Position numbers and translations under genes: made by a program. Of a stretch of DNA of 32,000 nucleotides, positions 1 through 5,727 are shown in pieces; position 1 is the stretch's first letter, and every line of letters begins with the position of its first letter. Source of the stretch: Horticoccus luteus (GTDB lineage Bacteria; Verrucomicrobiota; Verrucomicrobiia; Opitutales; Opitutaceae); NCBI RefSeq assembly GCF_019464535.1, contig NZ_CP080507.1, forward strand, positions 2,640,001 through 2,672,000, given 5' to 3'. The notes under the pieces were generated by a model, which saw nothing but the letters and a program-made list of their open reading frames with translations, had not been told where the DNA came from and made no database searches.

Positions 1-331
1 CCGCAGCTTTCCTTCGTAGATGATGTTCACGGAGCTGGAAGACAGACGAACGTTCGTCGGCGAGAATGCTGGAGGCAGCGGCCTCGCGGCGAATCTTTTC
101 GATGACGAAACGCCAGCATGGCCCCTGATCATGTGCGTCCCGTTCCGCTCCTCCCGTTATCGAGGGGTCGAACGTCAGTATACCGTTGGCTTTGTCGCCG
201 ACGAAGCTGTGGAGGACCGCTCTTCGGGAGTCGTGGTCGGCGCAAGCCTCGGCGAAGCCGAGCATCACCGGGGTCAGTGCATCGCCGTATAGCAGGCCAA
301 TCCCACTGTTGAACGCCGGGCAATTGGGCAC
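1..331 (-). CDS. Hypothetical protein, N-terminal fragment running off the window edge (VPNCPAFNSGIGLLYGDALTPVMLGFAEACADHDSRR...WRFVIEKIRREAAASSILADERSSVFQLREHH...)
   Basis: Hand translation of the minus strand gives an open frame from a GTG at 331-329 (in-frame TGA just upstream) to position 2 with no stop. It is not in the ORF track because it is edge-truncated. It is codon-aligned antisense to the listed + ORF 20..292 (90 aa). GC3 and G1 counts done by hand are similar for both, so which strand is real is unresolved. I favour the minus frame because it stays open past the edge and reads more protein-like. Confidence 0.3.
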   Translation of the reverse strand, partial: MPNCPAFNSGIGLLYGDALTPVMLGFAEACADHDSRRAVLHSFVGDKANGILTFDPSITGGAERDAHDQGPCWRFVIEKIRREAAASSILADERSSVFQLREHHLRRKAA

Positions 332-352
332 TCGACATCAGGTATAGCGCGC

Positions 353-1381
353 GTGACGAGTTTTAGCTCAAACACACGATGCCGCTCCTGCGCTATATTG
401 AGACTGCGCTCGACTTCGGCCGAGTGCGCGCGAGAATTTCGTCACTCGCCTGTGACCCGGAAGGAGTTCAACGATAAATGTATCGAGGATCTGATCGCCG
501 CGGAGTTTCCGCAGCGGGTCGCGGTGATCGGCTCGGGTCCGTCGACGCCTTACGTTCCTTCTATGGGAGCGTTGAAGGACGCGCTGGCCAAGGCGTGCAA
601 CGTGCAGGGGATCGCTGACGAGTATCCTTGGAATTTCTGCGAACGAGCGTTTGTTGCGAACCCGGAAGCCTACTTCTCGGCAATCGGGACTTCGTTCGAT
701 GCGGAGGCCCCTCTCTGGGACCCCCGCGCTTACAGGCACCTCGTGCAGATCCCGTTCAAGAGTTATGTCACGTTCAACTATGATCGGTTACTCCCGCGCG
801 CGTTCTTCGAAAGATACCCCGACTCCAGCCACCTGTTCACAGTCTACCCGAGCCGGCATGGTGATGGCCTGACAACTCAACCCTGCGACTTGGAACACAG
901 GAGGCGACTGGTCGCGGTGCACGGCTACGCGGATCCCGCAAACCCGAACTGGTCACGTCAGATCATCCTGAAAAGGTCGGATTATAATCATTACTACGCG
1001 GACCCGAAAACGGGCCATCATCTTTTCAACTGGTGGAAGAACCTGCTCACCCATCTGCCCTGCGTATTCATTGGAATGTCTCTGCATGAACCCGGCCTCT
1101 TCCGTGTGGTGGAGCAACTGAGAAAGGACGACCACCCCAAGCTGACTGGGCTCAAACACATTCATCTCGTTAACGTGGAGTGGGCGGAGGACGACCCTGA
1201 TGAGCAAGCTTTGGGCTCGACGTTCGGTGTCTTCCAGAAGATTGCCTACGATCAGGTCGACCATCGGCACAGTGGGCTTCTTCAGGTGCTGGACGCGTTC
1301 TCGCACCTCGGTATCAAGGATCCGAGCCCAAGCCTTCCGCAGATTCCTCCGATCACCGCGACTGAGACCTTTCCTTTCTAA
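353..1381 (+). CDS. SIR2-like domain protein (SIR2_2 / ThsA-DSR-type predicted NAD+ hydrolase), stand-alone, about 310-342 aa
   Basis: Ordered motif blocks typical of the SIR2_2 family: VAVIGSGPSTP (Gly-rich Rossmann loop, G60-S64), SYVTFNYDRLL (N142), RLVAVHGY (H190), CVFIGMSLHEPGL. The first about 33 codons (SNTRCRSCAILRLRSTSAECAREF) look non-coding. An in-frame GTG at 452 preceded by a TATATT hexamer (394-399) is a more likely start. The stop TAA at 1379-1381 lies 5 nt before the next ATG. Confidence 0.8.
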   Translation: MTSFSSNTRCRSCAILRLRSTSAECAREFRHSPVTRKEFNDKCIEDLIAAEFPQRVAVIGSGPSTPYVPSMGALKDALAKACNVQGIADEYPWNFCERAFVANPEAYFSAIGTSFDAEAPLWDPRAYRHLVQIPFKSYVTFNYDRLLPRAFFERYPDSSHLFTVYPSRHGDGLTTQPCDLEHRRRLVAVHGYADPANPNWSRQIILKRSDYNHYYADPKTGHHLFNWWKNLLTHLPCVFIGMSLHEPGLFRVVEQLRKDDHPKLTGLKHIHLVNVEWAEDDPDEQALGSTFGVFQKIAYDQVDHRHSGLLQVLDAFSHLGIKDPSPSLPQIPPITATETFPF

Positions 1382-1386
1382 GTGAA

Positions 1387-4326
1387 ATGACGCTTCAAGC
1401 ACAACTCGACTGGCTCAAATCCGCGGCGATCACTCTGCCTGACGCCGAAGGTGTGTCACGCGCGCTGGCGCTCGTGGCCTCGGGCGCCCCCAACGACGAG
1501 CTGTTTTTCGGCGAACTCAAAGACGCCGCGTGGCTACCGGTCTTGGAGCGGAAGGGATATTTTTCGAAGCCACTCGTCGACCAAACCCAGCCCGATCGGC
1601 GAACTATCTTTCGCAACCGGCTACCGCTATTTGCTCTCGCTCGTTTCTCCGAAACTACTCCTTCCCAAGCCGCGGCGATTCTGCTGCGGATGCCGTTGTC
1701 GGCCGTGCAGGCCACCGCTGACCAAGTATTGCGCTGCCTCACCAAACTGCGCGATCGCCAGGCTATCACTTCAGTCCGTCCGCTATCGGTGTATCTGGCC
1801 GAAACCACGCATCGCGCGACGGCGGTGTGGATCGATGATCTGTTGCAGGATTGGATTAAGGCAGGCGCTCAAATGGAGGCAGTTGGCATCCTGCGAGCCT
1901 TCGTCGGTTCCACGGTGAGATCGTCGTTCGAGGACCAGCCGCGGCTGGATCGGCATTGGCAGCTGGCGGAGATCGATCGTAAGCTCGTCGATCACCTCGC
2001 GAACGTTTTTCCGCAGGAGATCGCCCATATCTATTTCGAGGCGTTGTCGCGCTGGGCCGCGATGCGCCGCGCTCCGGAGCAAACGGACGAACGCACACCG
2101 TGGGACAGTCACGTGATCGCTGATCCGGCACGCGACTCACCCTCGAGCTTTTGGCTGGAGGACTTTAGGCAGGCGCCGAGCGGCTCGCGCGATCTGGAGG
2201 AAACCCTGGCTACGCGGCTGTATGCGATATGCGCTGTCGCGTTTGGTAGCGGCGACGGGCCCAAGATCGCGCACATCGAGTCCCTCCTGCGATCGGATCG
2301 CTGGGAGCTCTTTGCCCGCCTTCGTTGGCAGCTCTATGCGGAATATCCCGACTCTACGTTGGAGTTTGCGCGGCGCGACGTGCTTGAGGTCCTTCCGCAC
2401 CTAGGGCGATTCGACTACCTACACGGCTTCGAGTTCGCGCAGCTTCTTCAGCGCCACGCAGAGAAACACGGGAATGCTTTCCTCAACATCGACGAAGCCC
2501 GCAAGCTCATCGACACCGTCTTTGCAGGACCCGTTGACGAAGACGGCAAGCTGGAGCCGGAAGTCGACCGGGAGCGGTTCTGGCGGAAACAACTCCAGCC
2601 CCTTGAAGCGTTGCTCACCGCCGCCGACAAGCAGCGAATCCAACAAGACCGCCCGATCTCGCCCAACGACTACAAACCGTTTCACAGGGGCGAGGCCCGA
2701 ATGATCGAGCAAGTGTCGCCGGTGTCGGTGGGCGCTCTTGCGGCCAAACCCGACGCGGACCTCTGGCAGTTCCTCAATACGTGGAAGCCGGGCAACCGGA
2801 GAGAAAAACCAGAATGGTGGATCGAGGAAAGTGTCGATGCTTTGGCTTCGACGCTGGCGGCCTTGATCGAGCGCGACCCTGCGCGTTTTTCCCTCGCTAG
2901 CAAATGGTGGGAGAAGATCGAGCGGCCGGAAATGCTGCATCGCATTCTGGACCGGGCGGCCGAGCGAATTGCGGGACGGGAGCAGAAGGGAGCTGAGGTA
3001 ACCGAAGCCGATCTGGCGACCTGGCTGGCTTTGGCCAAATGGGTGGTCGCGCATGCGACGAAAGGTGAAGGTCAGAGCGATTCGAGCGACGATGAGACGG
3101 AACCGGTGTGGTCGACGCGCGCCACAGCGCGGTTCCTCGAAGCGATGGTGAAGACCCAGACTGCGGTTACCCCACAGCAACGGGCGATGGTGGTTCAATT
3201 GCTGCGCCTGATCGTGCAGGCAGATGATCCGCGCCTCGCGAACCGGGAAACCGCGATGATGAACGACTGGCTGACGACGGCGATCAATTCGGCGCGGGGC
3301 AATGCAATGCAGGCCATCCTCGACGTCGCCGTGCAGCAGCACGAGGCGGAAAAGGCGGTGGAACCGTGGGTTTTCGAAACGATCGAAACGCGTCTCCGTC
3401 ATCCCGATGAATCCCCGGCGCTCTTTGCTCTGCTCGGCTCGCGTCTTCGCCTGTTGGTGTTCCTTTTCGGCGACAGATTCAAGCCACGTCCCGAGCTGCT
3501 GTTTCCTGAAGATCGGCCTCAACATCGCGACGCCGCTGTTCTGGCGCACTTCAAATACGACAACCCGATGGTTGGGGTGATCAACACGTTCCCGGGGCTC
3601 ATCCCCGCCGGGCTGGCGCTGGCGGCTGAGGCGACGAAGAGCGAGAAAGAACAGCGTTCGCCGAGGCGGGAGTTCGATTCGCGCCTTGGCGTCCACATCG
3701 CCTTCTACCACTGGAACGCGTCGTTCCCGACCGACCAAGTTGGCGAGGCGGCGCTCGACCGATTCTTCGCGCTGGCCGCGTCGGATACCCGTGGTTCAGT
3801 CATCGATCAGATCGGGTCGGCGTTTGAGAAGACAACTGAACAGGACGTCTCGGCCACAGTGCGGGAACGGGTCATGCAAATCTGGGAGCGCAGGTTCGGC
3901 CAGATCTTGGGTGTCTCCCAAGGAGCGGCAGATGCCTCGACAGATTACCAAGAGGAACTCGCGGCGTTCACCGACTGGATTCGCTGCGAGTGCTTCCCAC
4001 TCGACTGGCGGGTGCGCCGGGTGATCAGCGCCCTTAATCTCCTCACTTCGGGTCCACGGCCCTATCGTCTGGTGAAGTTTGTCGGCGAGCAGCGCGACAA
4101 GCCGGAGCGGCTCCTATCCATGTTGCAGGTTCTCGAAGCCTTGGTGCGCCAGCCCAGTGACGAGGTGCGATGGGCGATGCAGGAGAAAGACGTTCGGCCG
4201 ATTCTGGAACGGGCATTCGAAAGCCCGATTCCTGAGGTCCGCACCCAGGCCGAAGCCACCCTTGAGCTGTTACTGCGGCAGGGGTTCCTTTCGTTTCTGG
4301 ACATCGGAAAGCCGGTGGTCGACTAG
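1387..4326 (+). CDS. Large (979 aa) hypothetical protein, apparently all-alpha with a HEAT/ARM-like C-terminus; partner of the SIR2-like gene
   Basis: A single uninterrupted ORF with coding-like periodicity. It is separated from the SIR2 gene by 5 nt (taaGTGAAatg). It is Leu/Ala/Arg/Trp-rich. I found no GxxxxGK[ST], DEAD, HNH or other catalytic signature on reading. There is an acidic Ser/Asp linker (GEGQSDSSDDETEP) near residue 560. The C-terminal SDEVRWAMQEKDVRPILERAFESPIPEVRTQAEATLELLL looks like HEAT repeats. Confidence 0.85.
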   Translation: MTLQAQLDWLKSAAITLPDAEGVSRALALVASGAPNDELFFGELKDAAWLPVLERKGYFSKPLVDQTQPDRRTIFRNRLPLFALARFSETTPSQAAAILLRMPLSAVQATADQVLRCLTKLRDRQAITSVRPLSVYLAETTHRATAVWIDDLLQDWIKAGAQMEAVGILRAFVGSTVRSSFEDQPRLDRHWQLAEIDRKLVDHLANVFPQEIAHIYFEALSRWAAMRRAPEQTDERTPWDSHVIADPARDSPSSFWLEDFRQAPSGSRDLEETLATRLYAICAVAFGSGDGPKIAHIESLLRSDRWELFARLRWQLYAEYPDSTLEFARRDVLEVLPHLGRFDYLHGFEFAQLLQRHAEKHGNAFLNIDEARKLIDTVFAGPVDEDGKLEPEVDRERFWRKQLQPLEALLTAADKQRIQQDRPISPNDYKPFHRGEARMIEQVSPVSVGALAAKPDADLWQFLNTWKPGNRREKPEWWIEESVDALASTLAALIERDPARFSLASKWWEKIERPEMLHRILDRAAERIAGREQKGAEVTEADLATWLALAKWVVAHATKGEGQSDSSDDETEPVWSTRATARFLEAMVKTQTAVTPQQRAMVVQLLRLIVQADDPRLANRETAMMNDWLTTAINSARGNAMQAILDVAVQQHEAEKAVEPWVFETIETRLRHPDESPALFALLGSRLRLLVFLFGDRFKPRPELLFPEDRPQHRDAAVLAHFKYDNPMVGVINTFPGLIPAGLALAAEATKSEKEQRSPRREFDSRLGVHIAFYHWNASFPTDQVGEAALDRFFALAASDTRGSVIDQIGSAFEKTTEQDVSATVRERVMQIWERRFGQILGVSQGAADASTDYQEELAAFTDWIRCECFPLDWRVRRVISALNLLTSGPRPYRLVKFVGEQRDKPERLLSMLQVLEALVRQPSDEVRWAMQEKDVRPILERAFESPIPEVRTQAEATLELLLRQGFLSFLDIGKPVVD

Positions 4327-4419
4327 ATTCCGTTCGCACCACAACCAAAGCGAGAATACCTCAGGATTGTGTGCGGAGTGTCCCGTTTACGTCCCGTAAT
4401 AACGATTCACCTCTAGCAC

Positions 4420-4507
4420 TGGTGCCCGGAGAGGGGGTCGAACCCACACGCCTTTAGAGGGCGACGGATTTTGAGTCCGTTGCGTCTGCCAATTCCGCCA
4501 TCCGGGC
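4420..4507 (-). tRNA. tRNA-Leu (anticodon CAA), type II with long variable arm, CCA encoded
   Basis: The minus strand reads GCCCGGA-TG-...-ACGGA-CUCAAAA-UCCGU-(variable arm CGCCCUCUAAAGGCG)-GUGGG-UUCGACC-CCCUC-UCCGGGC-A-CCA. The acceptor and anticodon stems pair perfectly. The T stem has one U-U mismatch. The 3' end faces the SIR2 island. Confidence 0.85.
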
Positions 4508-4620
4508 CAGCCAGAAGCCGGACCGTAAGACCGCCGCGAACGTTGTAAAATGGAAAATGCGCCTTGTCGCGCGCTACTCCCCGCTTGTCACGCGCCACCC
4601 CTGGGCGTTGCTTCACGTCC

Positions 4621-5376
4621 ATGCCCGACTTTCGCGTCTTTCACACGCCACCTTCGGCCGACCCCGTGGAGATTACCCTGACTCGGGAAGAGTCGCACCA
4701 CCTCGTCTCCGTGAACCGCGCCCGCGTTGGGCAGACCGTCGTGGCGTTCGATGGCCGCGGTCACGAGTGGATCTGCACCTTGGAGCGCGAAGACCGCCAC
4801 CAAGCCACGTTGAAGGTCAACTTCCGCCAATCCGCCCCGCCCCTGCCCTACGAAATCACCCTCGGTCAGGCGCTGCCCAAGGGTCCGTCGATGGATGCCA
4901 TCGTCCGCAAAGCCACCGAAATCGGCGCCGCGCGTATCGTCCCTCTGGAAAGCGAGCGCACCCAAGTCCATCTGGCCGACGATCGTCAGGACCGCAAAAT
5001 CGAAAAGTGGCAACTCGCCGCCCTCGAAGCCGCGAAACAATGCGGCAATCCATGGCTCCCGGAAATCAGCCCTGTGCAAAGCGCCAGCGCCTTCATGGAT
5101 CAGGCGAGCGGTTACGATTTAAAGCTCATTGCCAGTCTGCATCCCGGCGCTCGCTCCCTCAAGACGGCGCTCGCCGCCCACGTCGCCGCCACCGGTCGGT
5201 CGCCTCGCAAAGTCGTCTGGCTGATCGGCCCCGAAGGCGACTTTACGCCCGCTGAAATGAGTCTCGCCCAAACGGCCGGATTCCAACCGATCACCCTCGG
5301 CCCGCTCGTGCTGCGATGTGAAACGGCGGCCGTTTACGCCCTCAGTATTTTGAGTTACGAACTCGCCAACACCTGA
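4621..5376 (+). CDS. rsmE: 16S rRNA (uracil1498-N3)-methyltransferase RsmE
   Basis: MPDFRVFH...HHLVSVNRARVGQTVVAFDGRGHEW..., LGQALPKGPSMDAIVRKATEIGAARIVPL, IGPEGDFTPAE and LGPLVLRCETAAV are the conserved RsmE (PUA plus SPOUT) blocks. The track ORF starts at 4564, but the ATG at 4621 matches family N-termini. Confidence 0.85.
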   Translation: MPDFRVFHTPPSADPVEITLTREESHHLVSVNRARVGQTVVAFDGRGHEWICTLEREDRHQATLKVNFRQSAPPLPYEITLGQALPKGPSMDAIVRKATEIGAARIVPLESERTQVHLADDRQDRKIEKWQLAALEAAKQCGNPWLPEISPVQSASAFMDQASGYDLKLIASLHPGARSLKTALAAHVAATGRSPRKVVWLIGPEGDFTPAEMSLAQTAGFQPITLGPLVLRCETAAVYALSILSYELANT

Positions 5377-5701
5377 GCGAATCGGAGCGGCTCAACAACC
5401 GTCCAGCACAGCTCCCACGCGTCGCGTCTCGGATTCTCGCTTTGGCTCCCGCAGCGAAAATCGCGCATCGTCTGGGGGCATCTCCGAGAGGAGCGGACAA
5501 CCGGGCGTGAGGCGACATTTTCGGCCTAAGTTGCAAGCGCAAATGACTGCTTTCGGGCGACGCCCCCTTTCGAACGCCCTGCGCCCCGCCTCATGCGCAT
5601 TAGTGTTAATTCTCAGAGGCCGGGACAGGACATGGACCGACGCGCGTGTCGCGTCATGCGTTGTTGCGACAAAATCTCAAAAAAGATTTGACGCACATTA
5701 A

Positions 5702-5720
5702 GGCTATTGAGACTCATCCG
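5702..5720 (+). promoter_or_regulatory. Weak Fur-box-like sequence just upstream of the receptor start
   Basis: GGCTATTGAGACTCATCCG matches about 12/19 positions of GATAATGATAATCATTATC by hand alignment (core ATTGAGACTCAT versus AATGATAATCAT, 9/12). The context (siderophore receptor) is right but the match is poor. Confidence 0.15.
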
Positions 5721-5727
5721 CACCACG

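Noticed and set aside
129-338. 69-aa minus-strand ORF (MSSAQLPGVQQWDW...RRGLRRPRLPKSGPPQLRRRQSQ)
   Set aside because: Arg/Pro-rich out-of-frame product. A different minus frame (ending at 331), or the + ORF 20..292, gives far more protein-like translations.
2419-3738. 439-aa minus-strand ORF inside the 979-aa partner gene. Also the smaller overlapping ORFs within 353-4326.
   Set aside because: The translation is Arg-rich (RRxR runs). The + strand frame is continuous for 979 codons with coding-like composition. There is no evidence for a nested gene.
4327-4419. Looked for an att-like direct repeat of the tRNA-Leu 3' end, or an integrase, within 1-4419
   Set aside because: None was found by eye. 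The island hypothesis therefore rests on composition and position only, and the other boundary, if any, lies outside the window.
5377-5727. Cobalamin or other riboswitch upstream of the TonB-dependent receptor
   Set aside because: No B12-box (GCCACTG-like) or other riboswitch core that I recognise. The receptor is of the siderophore/PiuA type with a PiuC partner, not BtuB-like.
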